NCBI GenBank assembly: GCA_041675145.1
Contig: JBAYUK010000001.1
Coordinates: 312,283-376,282, forward strand
From: Patescibacteria group bacterium
GTDB lineage: Bacteria > Patescibacteriota > JACPGU01
Length of the DNA stretch: 64,000 bases
Direction of reading: 5' to 3'
Made by a program: the position numbers and the translations under genes. Within the stretch, counting starts at the first letter, position 1. Every line of letters starts with the position of its first letter. The notes under the pieces were generated by a model that saw only the letters and a program-made list of their open reading frames with translations, did not search any database and had not been told where the DNA came from. This document shows positions 8,180-18,560 of this stretch, piece by piece.

Positions 8180-9643
8180 ATGTATGACCTTTCTTCATTT
8201 TTTGCTCTCTCTCCTCGAACACTCACCCCAGATGAGCAGGCTTTGATCGAAAAAGCCTACCACTTTGGAAAAACCGCTCATGAAGGACAGTTCCGTTTTA
8301 GCGGAGAACCTTACTTCGCCCATGTCTATGCGGCAGCCACCACGCTTCTCAAACTCAATCTCGACGCCGAGACTATCGCCGCTGGATTTTTACATGATGT
8401 TCCGGAAGACACCGCCATTACTCTTGAAGAGATAGAAAAAAAGTTTGGTTCTGAAATTGCCTTTCTCGTTAAAGGCGTGACTAAACTTACCCAGGTACGC
8501 TACCGCCACACCCAAGAAGGACAGATGGAAAATCTGCGTAAAACGTTTCTCGCTATGGCGCAGGACATCCGCGTGGTTCTCATTAAGTTGGCCGACCGGT
8601 TGCACAACATGCAGACTCTCTCTGCAGTACCCAAAGACAAGCAACTGCGCATTGCGCGCGAAACACTGGAAGTGTACGCACCCATTGCGCACCGCCTCGG
8701 GATTGGAGAAATTAAAGGAGAGCTCGAAGACCTAGCCTTTGCCTATGTGTATCCCAAGGAATACGAGAAGCTGCTTACTGAATCTACTCCCTACTATACC
8801 GGTATCAAACAGTACATTGAGCGCATTAAGCCGGAACTAGTAACTGCGCTTAAACAAGAAGGAATTACCCCGCTCTCACTGGACGCCAGAGCTAAGCACC
8901 TCTATTCACTACATAAGAAACTCTTAAAAGAAGGAAAGAATATCGACTCCATCTACGATATTACCGCACTTCGTATTATCGTTGCCTCAATTGACGAGTG
9001 CTATAAAACCCTGGGGCTCATCCACAAGCTCTTCCGTCCACTGCCGGGGCGCATCAAAGACTACATTGCTCTACCAAAACCAAACGGATACCAGAGTTTA
9101 CACACTACCGTTTTCTGTTATGACGGAAAAATTGTAGAAATTCAAATTCGTACTATGCAAATGCACCAGGAAGCAGAAAATGGAATTGCTGCTCACTGGG
9201 CATATGCCGAACATGGTAAGCCCAAGAAGGGCTTTGCTATGAGCCACCATAAATTCAACTGGGTCAAGCAACTTCGCGAATGGCAAAACATGGAACTAGG
9301 AAGCTCTGAGTTTATGGAGTCATTAAAAATAGACTTCTTCAAGAACCGCATCTTCGTTTTTACTCCAACTGGTGATGTTATTGACTTACCAGAGGGAGCA
9401 ACACCAATCGACTTTGCCTACCAGATCCACTCTGATGTGGGAGACCACGCTTCGGGTGCGATGGTGAATAAAAAGATTGCTCAAATCAACACGCCACTGC
9501 AGAACGGAGATATTGTTGAAATCTTAACGCAAAAAAACAAAGAGCCAAATCGTCAGTGGCTTGGCTTTGTGAAAACCTCAGGCGCACGAAGCAAAATTAG
9601 ATCTAAACTAAAAAAGCACGGGTTCTCACTTTTTAAGAAATAG
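8180..9643 (+). CDS. rel: RelA/SpoT bifunctional (p)ppGpp synthetase/hydrolase (HD, synthetase, TGS; no ACT)
   Basis: SGEPYF, LHDVPED, KLADRLHNM, KPNGYQSLHT, EIQIRT, GIAAHW, GATPIDFAY. Confidence 0.93.
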   Translation: MYDLSSFFALSPRTLTPDEQALIEKAYHFGKTAHEGQFRFSGEPYFAHVYAAATTLLKLNLDAETIAAGFLHDVPEDTAITLEEIEKKFGSEIAFLVKGVTKLTQVRYRHTQEGQMENLRKTFLAMAQDIRVVLIKLADRLHNMQTLSAVPKDKQLRIARETLEVYAPIAHRLGIGEIKGELEDLAFAYVYPKEYEKLLTESTPYYTGIKQYIERIKPELVTALKQEGITPLSLDARAKHLYSLHKKLLKEGKNIDSIYDITALRIIVASIDECYKTLGLIHKLFRPLPGRIKDYIALPKPNGYQSLHTTVFCYDGKIVEIQIRTMQMHQEAENGIAAHWAYAEHGKPKKGFAMSHHKFNWVKQLREWQNMELGSSEFMESLKIDFFKNRIFVFTPTGDVIDLPEGATPIDFAYQIHSDVGDHASGAMVNKKIAQINTPLQNGDIVEILTQKNKEPNRQWLGFVKTSGARSKIRSKLKKHGFSLFKK

Positions 9644-11719
9644 TTTCTCTATTGTTTCTTTCGTGGTTGGGTTAAGAGAAGACGCTGGTACTGCAGGTTT
9701 TGGAATAAGACTCATAACCTTTGTGGTAAGCGGTAGACCAAAGACCTTTTGCGCCACTACTCCTAGGAGAACTAGTGAAACAGACATCAGAACCAGTGGC
9801 TGGGTAGCAACTGGTTTTTGTGGCTCCTGGGGAATTGGTTTTTCAAAATGCGGCGTGGATGATTGTGCTGCTGTACGCTTGTCTACTACATAAGTAGCAC
9901 TTCCCAAAGCCTCGTCGTCATATGCCAGCTCACCCCTTGCCTCGCCCATGATCACCGGCACATACGAGCTAATGCGTGCCTCCTCTACAACTACGCTACT
10001 TTTTTGCGGCAGAATAGTTGGTGTACTGCCCTTCGGCACCACTACCGGCACACTGGTTTTCGGCACAGAAGGAGCAGTAACTACGTTCGCAGCAGAAGTT
10101 GCCTTGGTTATTGGTTTACTTGTTTCTGCTACCAAAACACTGGTATGTTCCCATTTCCAGGCGCCGTCTTGCAGTACATAGCGCGCACCTTCAAGAGCGT
10201 TCGTGTAAGTTACGCTTGCAGCGCTGTGTTTAGCAGGGTCAAAGAGCGTAATGCTATCCCCTGCATTATTAAGGGATATCTTCGTGTCCTCAGAAAAGAA
10301 TGTGATACGCTCACCCGCGTGGATAATACGATCTGCTTTTATTTCGTAGATCTTCCCTCCACTATCTACCAGTGACCAGTTTTTTAAGTTCGTATCACTC
10401 CCGGTGTTTTCCACTTCAATATATTCGTCGGTTCCATCGGCCCCTTTCGGGTTGGGCAATAGAGAAGATACCCGAATACTGTTTGAAAACTGTGGAGTAC
10501 TAGCCGGGCTAGTCTGTGTTACCACACTACTTGAAGAGCTTGATGAATTCGTGGTAGTGGCATTTGTACTCGTGGTGGTAGTGCTACCGCCTCCGCCACC
10601 AGCCGACTCAACTACCACGGGTACAGGAGCAGTGTTTTTTAATCCGTGACTTACCGGAAAATCCACCACCCACTGTCCGGTACCATCGAGATTCCTCGAG
10701 ATACTTACATCTGTTGTAGTTGCACTGTAGTCGAGCTGATCCTGAACTACCCCATTTGGATTCTTAAGTACCACACTATCTCCCGTGTTATTGAGAATAA
10801 GGCCAGTATCTTTTTTGTAGAGCACCAAGTACCCACCCGCTCCAATGGTGGTTGTGGTAGGGATAGTGTAGGCAGTAGAGCCACCACTCTCGATATCGTC
10901 AAGAGTCCACCCGGATATATCTACCGTTCCAGTATCTGCGTTATATAACTCAACCCACTCGTCGTTGGTATCTGCCGCCAAGTCACCGTCCCAGTCGGTT
11001 ACCGTTCCCGGTGCCGGCATAATCTCGTTTATAAAAATATTGGTATTGTATGTGACCGGCACTGGTGTAACAGGAGCAAGTGCCCCTGGAGGCAATTCAG
11101 AAGCAGTTGTGGTATTTTGTGGTTCTGGTACTACCCGCAGGTCAAAATCACTCACATTACTGTCTGTATCTTCACCATTCCCATGGGTAGCATCTGCTAT
11201 GCCTGGTTTGCGCTCTATACTCTGGCTAGCGGGTGGATTGCTGCCAAATGCGTTGCCTTCAACAAATACATTGGTAGCGAGTCCCCAGGCTACTGAGTCA
11301 ACAATAACTCCGGTATCTGCCGCACCATCGCGCAAGGCTACTCCATTATCTGCAGCCAGCGTTCCCGCAGTTGTTGCGTCAGGCACAACCGTAATACCAG
11401 TAAAACTACTATTTGCCCATAAAAAATACCCGTATGCTGGGATTACGTCACTAGTACCAAAACTTTTCAGTGTAGTGTCACTGCTTCCTCCCGCAGTTCG
11501 CTTCACTAATCGAAACTGATTAAGGGAAACCGCACTGCTCGTGGGATTGTACAACTCCACGAAGTCGTCAGTAGTTGCGGTGCCTGCTATCTGTACCTCC
11601 GAGATAACAAGGTGCGTGGCAGTTGCCGCATGAACTGGAAGAATGTAACAAGGAAGAGACAGAAGAGTCAGGCACAAAGTAAATATAGATAATCCTATGT
11701 TTTTTATTTTTTTATTCAT
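9626..11719 (-). CDS. Secreted/surface protein with three lamin-tail domains and a C-terminal TM anchor
   Basis: Signal peptide; repeated ISE/INE...FVELYN/WVELYN/YIEVEN and LNNxGD motifs; S/T-rich linker. Confidence 0.8.
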   Translation of the reverse strand: MNKKIKNIGLSIFTLCLTLLSLPCYILPVHAATATHLVISEVQIAGTATTDDFVELYNPTSSAVSLNQFRLVKRTAGGSSDTTLKSFGTSDVIPAYGYFLWANSSFTGITVVPDATTAGTLAADNGVALRDGAADTGVIVDSVAWGLATNVFVEGNAFGSNPPASQSIERKPGIADATHGNGEDTDSNVSDFDLRVVPEPQNTTTASELPPGALAPVTPVPVTYNTNIFINEIMPAPGTVTDWDGDLAADTNDEWVELYNADTGTVDISGWTLDDIESGGSTAYTIPTTTTIGAGGYLVLYKKDTGLILNNTGDSVVLKNPNGVVQDQLDYSATTTDVSISRNLDGTGQWVVDFPVSHGLKNTAPVPVVVESAGGGGGSTTTTSTNATTTNSSSSSSSVVTQTSPASTPQFSNSIRVSSLLPNPKGADGTDEYIEVENTGSDTNLKNWSLVDSGGKIYEIKADRIIHAGERITFFSEDTKISLNNAGDSITLFDPAKHSAASVTYTNALEGARYVLQDGAWKWEHTSVLVAETSKPITKATSAANVVTAPSVPKTSVPVVVPKGSTPTILPQKSSVVVEEARISSYVPVIMGEARGELAYDDEALGSATYVVDKRTAAQSSTPHFEKPIPQEPQKPVATQPLVLMSVSLVLLGVVAQKVFGLPLTTKVMSLIPKPAVPASSLNPTTKETIEKLFLKK

Positions 11720-11730
11720 ACCAAACACTA

Positions 11731-11949
11731 CTATAATAACCTGAGTAAGTCTTCTGCAGTGAGACGCGCGTATCGCAAGATACTTTTAAGTGTACCAACC
11801 CTCATATCTCTACTATGGTACGGAACAGTGACGACCATATCCTCCTTTGTGAAAACTCTGTGACTGCCTCTTTGACGAACAAATAAAAAACCGGCTCTTT
11901 CAAGAGCTCGGATTAGTTCTTTTGGCTTTAGTACTGGAATCTGTGACAT
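11731..11949 (-). CRISPR. PLACEHOLDER_REMOVED
   Basis: Entry superseded by the CDS call at the same coordinates; no CRISPR is present here. Confidence 0.
11731..11949 (-). CDS. hicA: HicA-family mRNA interferase toxin
   Basis: GF...RQRGSH...VTVPYH...GTLKSIL. Confidence 0.9.
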   Translation of the reverse strand: MSQIPVLKPKELIRALERAGFLFVRQRGSHRVFTKEDMVVTVPYHSRDMRVGTLKSILRYARLTAEDLLRLL

Positions 11950-11955
11950 TTAGTA

Positions 11956-12204
11956 CTATACTTCAACACTGACCGGAGCAACTATTACACGTGAAGTATA
12001 AGGGATGTTATTTTTATTTTCTTTCGAAACTTCAATATACAGTTCCGCTGCCTCTCGGATATTATCAGATGCCTCTTCAAACGTGTCTCCTTCAGAGACA
12101 CAACCAGGCAACGCAGGTACCGTAACCGTATACCCGCCTTCAGGCGCCTCTTCAAAGACAGCAGCGTATTGATGCACAGTAGTCATAAGGAGTTTCTTGC
12201 TCAT
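11956..12204 (-). CDS. hicB: HicB-family antitoxin (short, no DNA-binding domain)
   Basis: EGGYTVTVPALPGCVSEGDTFEEA. Confidence 0.9.
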   Translation of the reverse strand: MSKKLLMTTVHQYAAVFEEAPEGGYTVTVPALPGCVSEGDTFEEASDNIREAAELYIEVSKENKNNIPYTSRVIVAPVSVEV

Positions 12205-12235
12205 GAGTATATTATGCCAATAAAAGTGCGAACGG

Positions 12236-13414
12236 TCAAACACTCACCTTGCGTTTCAAGAACCACTTTTCTATATACCGATACGATAGATACGCCATAC
12301 CAAACGAAAGCGCAAAAGAGAGAATAATAACAACAATAAAGTGCGGAATAGACTCGTAGGTGAGTTCAACTCCTAGCTTGAAGAGAGTAGCAATCACTAG
12401 TGACATAGCAATCATATGGTAGGCGTAAAACCCGTAGGAGATAGTGCCAAGGAATGAAAACAACTTCAGTTCCTTGGCCTTAAAAAATGATTGTATCGAT
12501 TCATTCTGCTCAAAAATAATAAGCGCGAAGAGTATGGCAAGCACTAATGGCACAAATACAGCCGAGAGGTTGCGTACCAGTACATTCTCAACTGAGACAT
12601 ACGTTAGGTAGTGGCGCCCAATAATAACCGTGGCGGTAAGAAGATAGAGCAGCGCAACCCCCGGTTTGGGAATACGATGTAATAATGCAATAACTCCTTT
12701 TTTATAGTACAGCGCCCAGGCCAGCAAGCACCCAATTGCAAGATCCGACATTACTGAGAAGGTGGAAACTCCCAACACCTCTGGACTACCAGCGTAGTGC
12801 AACCGGTACAGGCAGGACAGAGTAATCACGAGACCCAGTGAGTATGGTATATACGTTCTCGGCAAGAAAGATACCACCCATGGCCACACTAAGTAGAACT
12901 GCTCTTCAACCGAGATAGACCAGAGGACATCGAGTGTTCTGCCTGAAGTACCGTGAAAGGCCAAGGTAAAGTTACCTAGGAACACGAGAAAACTTGGGAG
13001 CGATGGTAGGTGAGGTAAAACCGGATACGGTAAACCAAAACTACCCAGTAAAAAATGGAGGATAGGAGGAAGAATAAAGAACCCTGTTATAAGGGTAATA
13101 AAATACACTGGCCAGATACGCAAGATCCGTCGCTTATAAAACTTCCAGAGGTTAATCTTCCCAAAATGATCCTGTTCGGTAAATAACAAGTAGCTAATAA
13201 GAAAACCTGAGAGCACAAAAAAGAACGAGACACCAATATCTCCGTTAATTAACACGTACTTTTTAATCTTCAAGTATAACGCGTTATTTTCCTCGTATCC
13301 TAAGAACAAGGCCGCGTGAGAGACAAAAACCACAAGGAACGCAAAAAAACGCAACCCGTCGAGGTTGGCGAAAAATACTTTTGGATGTTTTTGTGAAGAA
13401 AGCACAGCTGACAT
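12236..13414 (-). CDS. Acyltransferase-3 (OafA-like) membrane O-acyltransferase
   Basis: LDGLRF, FFVLSGFLI, RRILRIWP, WSISVEEQFY, ISYGFYAYH, YIEK. Confidence 0.9.
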   Translation of the reverse strand: MSAVLSSQKHPKVFFANLDGLRFFAFLVVFVSHAALFLGYEENNALYLKIKKYVLINGDIGVSFFFVLSGFLISYLLFTEQDHFGKINLWKFYKRRILRIWPVYFITLITGFFILPPILHFLLGSFGLPYPVLPHLPSLPSFLVFLGNFTLAFHGTSGRTLDVLWSISVEEQFYLVWPWVVSFLPRTYIPYSLGLVITLSCLYRLHYAGSPEVLGVSTFSVMSDLAIGCLLAWALYYKKGVIALLHRIPKPGVALLYLLTATVIIGRHYLTYVSVENVLVRNLSAVFVPLVLAILFALIIFEQNESIQSFFKAKELKLFSFLGTISYGFYAYHMIAMSLVIATLFKLGVELTYESIPHFIVVIILSFALSFGMAYLSYRYIEKWFLKRKVSV

Positions 13415-13512
13415 GTACCTATCATACCCAGAATGTACACGTAATGACAATAAACATATATACAGACTTATATTTATATATCCATTTGTAGCATCACTAC
13501 TCACAACATATA

Positions 13513-13541
13513 TTGACACAACTATTCGCAGTATGTATAAT
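13513..13541 (+). promoter_or_regulatory. Consensus sigma70 promoter
   Basis: TTGACA-N17-TATAAT. Confidence 0.75.
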
Positions 13542-13604
13542 ATAGCTATTCAGCTCTACCTGCTCTTTTCACGTCCAAACATCAAAACACCCTAGGAGGC
13601 TTCA

Positions 13605-14498
13605 ATGCGAGAGTTCTTTAAACGTCACACCACTATCTTGAAAGTCATTTCGGTAGTAGGAACGATCCTGGGAGTAAGCTGTGTAGTTATCCTTGAGATA
13701 GCCCGCAAAGATCACCCCCTAACCATTGCGCTGCACAGCATGCAGAAGAGAGAAAGAGACATAACCATCCACAATATCTCTTCTGCATATAACGTGGTTT
13801 TTCTCAAAGACAACACTCTACTCAAACAACCACTCTCAGTCGGTGGCAAATCAGGCTTTATCGTCTGTGACCTCAGAATCAACCACATGCCATACCTGCA
13901 GTCCTGGATAACAACGAGCAAAAGTCCTGGATATGAAGATGTCACTCCTGATTTTGAGCTCACCATCAAGCTCAACCGTTGGTGCTGGGATCTTGAAAGG
14001 ACCATAACCGCAAACGAAAGGATCTTTAAGACCAAGGACTCCACCACTACAGGCTCTACCAGCATTACACATGCAGGTAGCGTCAGTGGATCAGTTGAAG
14101 TTAAGGAGCACAACGGATCGTTAGAGCCAAAACCATGCATCGAGCCAAGTATCAACCAAAAGTTTGACCGGGCTGAAAGCTATATAGATAAAGAACACTG
14201 GAGGAAAAAGCTTAAAGCTCGGTTCAAAGACCAAATAGATGAGGACGACGAGTTCACTTTCCCTTTTCACGAAACTCCAGCCACTACTGGGCTAAAGTAC
14301 ACCCTCGAAGGGTATGCTAATTGCGAATCAGAAAACAGCGAAGACGGCTATGGTAGTGGATACCTATTCAAAAACAAGGAAGACGACCTCGTAATTGACT
14401 TGGCTGAAAAAGAACGACTATTCGTTAGAGGGTGGTGCGCTAAAAAGCTAAAAGAAATTACCCAAGACCCCACTCTCTTCCCACAGACCTGTAAATAG
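13605..14498 (+). CDS. Hypothetical protein with N-terminal membrane anchor
   Basis: 297-aa ORF, SD AGGAGG, own promoter and terminator; no family recognised. Confidence 0.75.
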   Translation: MREFFKRHTTILKVISVVGTILGVSCVVILEIARKDHPLTIALHSMQKRERDITIHNISSAYNVVFLKDNTLLKQPLSVGGKSGFIVCDLRINHMPYLQSWITTSKSPGYEDVTPDFELTIKLNRWCWDLERTITANERIFKTKDSTTTGSTSITHAGSVSGSVEVKEHNGSLEPKPCIEPSINQKFDRAESYIDKEHWRKKLKARFKDQIDEDDEFTFPFHETPATTGLKYTLEGYANCESENSEDGYGSGYLFKNKEDDLVIDLAEKERLFVRGWCAKKLKEITQDPTLFPQTCK

Positions 14499-14521
14499 AG
14501 CAGGCGTAACCAAGCAGTTAG

Positions 14522-14550
14522 AATAGCGATCCGTAAGGGTCGCTATTTTT
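14522..14550 (+). terminator. Intrinsic terminator
   Basis: AATAGCGATCC-GTAA-GGGTCGCTATT followed by T-run. Confidence 0.75.
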
Positions 14551-14646
14551 GACTTTACTTAGCGATTATTATATAATAATCGCAGTTCTTAATTGAACAT
14601 TCACATTCGGCTAAATACACACACCAACGCCACTAAGGAGGCATAC

Positions 14647-15999
14647 ATGAGTACAGCAGTTGTCGCTGCAAATCAAAGAAACACCTGGGGGAGAGTCGAA
14701 GAGACCCTCCAGACCAACAACGCCCAGTCGGTCGAAGCTTTGAAACATAAGCTCGTAAAGCTTGCGGCAGAAAAAAGCGCCCTCGAAAAAAAGTTTGACG
14801 AAAAAAACCAGCAAACAGGGAGTATGTTCTTCGGATTTATTGTGAGGCCAGGACTCCTCCCAAGCTCTGTGATGTCGTTGACGCGCGAACAAAACGCGGA
14901 AATCAAACAGATCCAAGAAGAACTGACTGGACTGGATCTGCAGATCACAGAACTGAAAAAAGACATTGAGAAGCTGGAGTTCAACCCAGACCACTGGCGC
15001 GAGAAGCTTCTGGCCTATGGCATCCTCCCTTGGGCGATCGTGAAACAGAACTTCTATGAGCACTTGTGCAAAAAACACAAGATGGTGACTTTTCGCCACC
15101 TCGCCATGGACGGCACAACACACTGCCTGCCCGGACACGAAAGACCTGGGAGCAAGGAAGAAGGTCAAGCTGACAATATGTTCAATTTGACAATCTTTAT
15201 CCTCTTATCCGCAGTCGCGACAGCTGGAGTCTTCCTGCTGAGTTCCTCGCCAAACCCAATTGCAAGCTCACTCCTGTGGGTGGCGCTAACTGCGTTTGCC
15301 ACGTGGGCAGTGTGCGATTCCTCAAAACCGGGACCACGGGAAGTGCTCGTAACATCTTCCATTCTCCTCGTGATAAATGCGTTCGTCTCCACTGCACCCG
15401 CATTGATTTTGAGCAGTGGATTCCTGGCTGCGATAGGCACGACTCTTGGCGGCTTTACCGCCCTCGCACTAGTCTGGTTCTTTGGCAGCATCTTCATAGT
15501 TATCGGCCTCGCCGATAACAGTCAAACGCTACAAACACTCACGAACCATATGGCCCGAAAACTTGCTTTTTTGCACACGCGAGATAAAAAAAGCCAAGCA
15601 GCCTTCTTCTTTCCAAATGGGCGAGACGACCAATACGGGTACGAAATTAAAGTTCAGTTCCCAGAGGTCCCAGACCAATTCGTTGAAACTCTCAACCAGG
15701 CTATACAGACACAGTTTCCTCGGTTCGTGACTGCGGTTCCTGAAGCAATCACGATCGACAAAGACGATAAGGTCCGAGTTATCAACCGTTTGTTTGGAGA
15801 CTTGCTGGACGCCAAGAAAAAAGAAACTCTGGCGAGGAGAGAAGCAGCCAAACGACATATGGTCGACCTCATTGCCGATCCCATCCATGGACTCGAACTC
15901 CCTGATGGCTACATCGCCATTCTGTTCCAGCATGGAGTGTTTGCCTCTGAGCAGGAGCTGATGGAAGAAGCAAAAAACTACGACAACTCAGAAGACTGA
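14647..15999 (+). CDS. Hypothetical membrane protein (N-terminal coiled coil, ~4 TM)
   Basis: Long ORF; SD AAGGAGG before ATG 14647; central hydrophobic block. Confidence 0.75.
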   Translation: MSTAVVAANQRNTWGRVEETLQTNNAQSVEALKHKLVKLAAEKSALEKKFDEKNQQTGSMFFGFIVRPGLLPSSVMSLTREQNAEIKQIQEELTGLDLQITELKKDIEKLEFNPDHWREKLLAYGILPWAIVKQNFYEHLCKKHKMVTFRHLAMDGTTHCLPGHERPGSKEEGQADNMFNLTIFILLSAVATAGVFLLSSSPNPIASSLLWVALTAFATWAVCDSSKPGPREVLVTSSILLVINAFVSTAPALILSSGFLAAIGTTLGGFTALALVWFFGSIFIVIGLADNSQTLQTLTNHMARKLAFLHTRDKKSQAAFFFPNGRDDQYGYEIKVQFPEVPDQFVETLNQAIQTQFPRFVTAVPEAITIDKDDKVRVINRLFGDLLDAKKKETLARREAAKRHMVDLIADPIHGLELPDGYIAILFQHGVFASEQELMEEAKNYDNSED

Positions 16000-16069
16000 G
16001 TGTTCCCCTTACCTACGAAAAGCCCCGCGACCACAAGGTCCGGGGCTCCTTTTTTTATACATCTATATA

Positions 16070-17341
16070 CTACCTACTATTTTCAGCGTCCATCTGGTTG
16101 AGTACATCCATAATATCATCAGTTAAGTTCTGGTTACTCTGCCAGATAACCCCATGGTCTAAAATCACCCTACCATCGGTATAGAGCACTTTCTTTTTTT
16201 CAGGAATAGTCTCATCTGGAATTTCCCGGTGTTGACGACGCTCTGACCCATAATACGGCTGAGTAATTACCCCACCCTGAACGCGGGTGCGTCGTTCCTG
16301 TGGTTCACGGTCTTGGGCACGGCCAAGGTGAATGAGTCCACCCTGATGGGTACTTTCTTCGTCCCCCCTAAAATGCGCTGCTTGGCGAATGGGAAGCTCT
16401 TCGTTGTCTCGCACGCCGACTGCTTTTTGGAACTGTTCAGGAATTTCGGCGTTAGGGTTGTATGAGAACTTATTACTCGACTCCTCTACTTTTACTTCCA
16501 TTTCAGCCCGACCCTCATCTCCTCCGGCAGCGTATTCCCACTGCTGTTGCTGAATCTCTAGAATCGTTGAAGCAATAAAGGTGGGGTGTTGCACATCTTC
16601 AAATGAGAAGTTTTCTTTTTCACCCGCCGTTTCAATAAAGACAGTTCCAATGTCTAGTAAGGTGTTGATGAGTCCCTTTACTTTCGAGGTTACATCTTGA
16701 ATCTGCTGGAAATTAGTTTCAGAGATTTTGCGACCAAAAAGAATAATCTGCTCAATATCTAGTATCTGGCGGTTAGTGATGACAAAGATATCTAAATAGT
16801 AGTCCAGCCACGAGGCGTACAAGTAGGCAACTAGTGAAAGACAATACATGCCAGAGAAAATAGTAAGGGCTCCACGTCCAAGGTGATCTGAGATATTACC
16901 ACCCAGCGCCTCATGCGCGGCGCGGTTAGAAATAATATCTAAGAGCAAGAAACTACCGAGTGCTACGGTAAAACCAATTGCAAGGGTAGCAATAACAATA
17001 AAGACATACCAGTTGCGCTTAAAAAATTCGATATGACGAGCCGTTTGGCGCGTAGGCTGGATAGTGTGGCGAGCGATGAGAAAAAGTACAAAACCAATTA
17101 CGGCAATAACGCCAACTGCAAAGACGCCCCAAATCAGGCCACGATACGCTGCAAACTCGTGCAAAATGTCTGAGAACTCTTTGCCACTCATCGAGACATT
17201 AGCTACCAGCACAATTGCCATAAATACCACCGCCAAAATAAAGGCGATAACAATATGAGGTAAGTACACCAGCCAGTGGCGGCGCAAAATCATAATGATC
17301 TTTTCATTTTCGTGAAGGTGGAGTACTACCGACTGGGTCAT
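16070..17341 (-). CDS. Membrane protein with bacterial PH domain
   Basis: LHENEKI..LRRHW, ITNRQILDIEQ, IQDVT, GTVFIETAGE. Confidence 0.75.
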   Translation of the reverse strand: MTQSVVLHLHENEKIIMILRRHWLVYLPHIVIAFILAVVFMAIVLVANVSMSGKEFSDILHEFAAYRGLIWGVFAVGVIAVIGFVLFLIARHTIQPTRQTARHIEFFKRNWYVFIVIATLAIGFTVALGSFLLLDIISNRAAHEALGGNISDHLGRGALTIFSGMYCLSLVAYLYASWLDYYLDIFVITNRQILDIEQIILFGRKISETNFQQIQDVTSKVKGLINTLLDIGTVFIETAGEKENFSFEDVQHPTFIASTILEIQQQQWEYAAGGDEGRAEMEVKVEESSNKFSYNPNAEIPEQFQKAVGVRDNEELPIRQAAHFRGDEESTHQGGLIHLGRAQDREPQERRTRVQGGVITQPYYGSERRQHREIPDETIPEKKKVLYTDGRVILDHGVIWQSNQNLTDDIMDVLNQMDAENSR

Positions 17342-17643
17342 TTGACACCTCCTTTAGGGGTAGTTGTTTTTGCCTGAAACTGCGTATTCTGATCTGAAAC
17401 ATGAATTAATTTGTCGATATAAAAGTGAGCGGAATCATCCCAGGTGTAGCGTCCAATACCAATCAAGGTAAAGGCAATGATACCCAACATCGCAATCACA
17501 AAACAGAGTGTTACTAAAATACTCATACCAGCTAAAGCCCGGTACTGACCAAAAAGCCACACTCGGTACATGGCATAGCCCATCACCGCCACATAGGCGA
17601 TAAGGAACAAAGCATAGATAAGTAGAAGGATGCTTCCAAACAT
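17338..17643 (-). CDS. Small 2-TM membrane protein
   Basis: ORF overlaps the start of the PH-domain gene by 4 nt. Confidence 0.65.
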   Translation of the reverse strand: MFGSILLLIYALFLIAYVAVMGYAMYRVWLFGQYRALAGMSILVTLCFVIAMLGIIAFTLIGIGRYTWDDSAHFYIDKLIHVSDQNTQFQAKTTTPKGGVK

Positions 17644-17703
17644 GGCAATAAAAATAACTAAATTATGGCTTTATATTCCTAATTTTACATCTTTTTATCA
17701 ATA

Positions 17704-17732
17704 TTGACAAGAGTGGTCATTTTACCTATAAT
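17704..17732 (+). promoter_or_regulatory. Consensus sigma70 promoter
   Basis: TTGACA-N17-TATAAT. Confidence 0.75.
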
Positions 17733-17942
17733 TATCACTATCGCTCGTTGACAAAAAGCGCTTGAATGCTCCAACCCTGGACACATTCAGCCACCCATTT
17801 CTTTGACCCCCATTTCCCCAAGACTATAGAAAGGACGGTATAAGCGCATGAAACAAATTGCCGCATATGCGGACTCGAGCTGAGGATGCCTAACCTCAGT
17901 TCGTGAACAAATCCCGTTAATCCAGAAAAAAGAGGCACATAC

Positions 17943-18560
17943 GTGACACACTCAACAGATACGAAAACTGCACAAGCCAAATTAGACATCCTCCGGGCTG
18001 TTCTATCTCAACCTGCAAGTTTTCAGCCAAAGAGCGATCAGTATGCCGAGGCCGTCGGCTATCTCTTGCACTCACCTGCAGAAATCCTGACAGCCTTAAA
18101 CGGCAAACTTCCTCAGGTCGCAATTGGCTTACGCCCTGTCCTTGGTATCCATTGGCACAAAGGATACCACGACATCAAGCCCGCTCAGCGCAAGGCTCTC
18201 ACCTACACAGAACTGTGGTGCCCTTGCCCCTACAACTGGGAAAAGGACGATAAGAAAGAAGATCGCCCCCCTGTCAGCCGCGGCTGGATCGTGACAGTCA
18301 GTGAAGATGTCACCGTCGAGAACCGAGACCTCATCATCAACCAAGGCGGTAGAACTCATCGCTTCCCTGATGTTATTCAAAAAGGCTACGAACTCGGCCT
18401 TTTCCTGACACCAGGATACCAAGGCAATCTCCTGACCAGCGGCGACCCAGTTCCTCAACGGTTCTTTGCCCCACTCAACGACAAGGAACTTCGCTTCGAA
18501 ATCAGCTCTATGAAAAAAATCATGGAGCAACAGTTAGCTGAAGCGAAGGGGAAACGTTGA
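17943..18560 (+). CDS. Hypothetical protein
   Basis: 205-aa ORF, GTG start with AAGAGG SD. Confidence 0.7.
   Translation: MTHSTDTKTAQAKLDILRAVLSQPASFQPKSDQYAEAVGYLLHSPAEILTALNGKLPQVAIGLRPVLGIHWHKGYHDIKPAQRKALTYTELWCPCPYNWEKDDKKEDRPPVSRGWIVTVSEDVTVENRDLIINQGGRTHRFPDVIQKGYELGLFLTPGYQGNLLTSGDPVPQRFFAPLNDKELRFEISSMKKIMEQQLAEAKGKR

Noticed and set aside
8180-9643. Rel truncated (no ACT domain) as a pseudogene
   Set aside because: Catalytic motifs intact with a clean end after TGS; short Rel forms are known.
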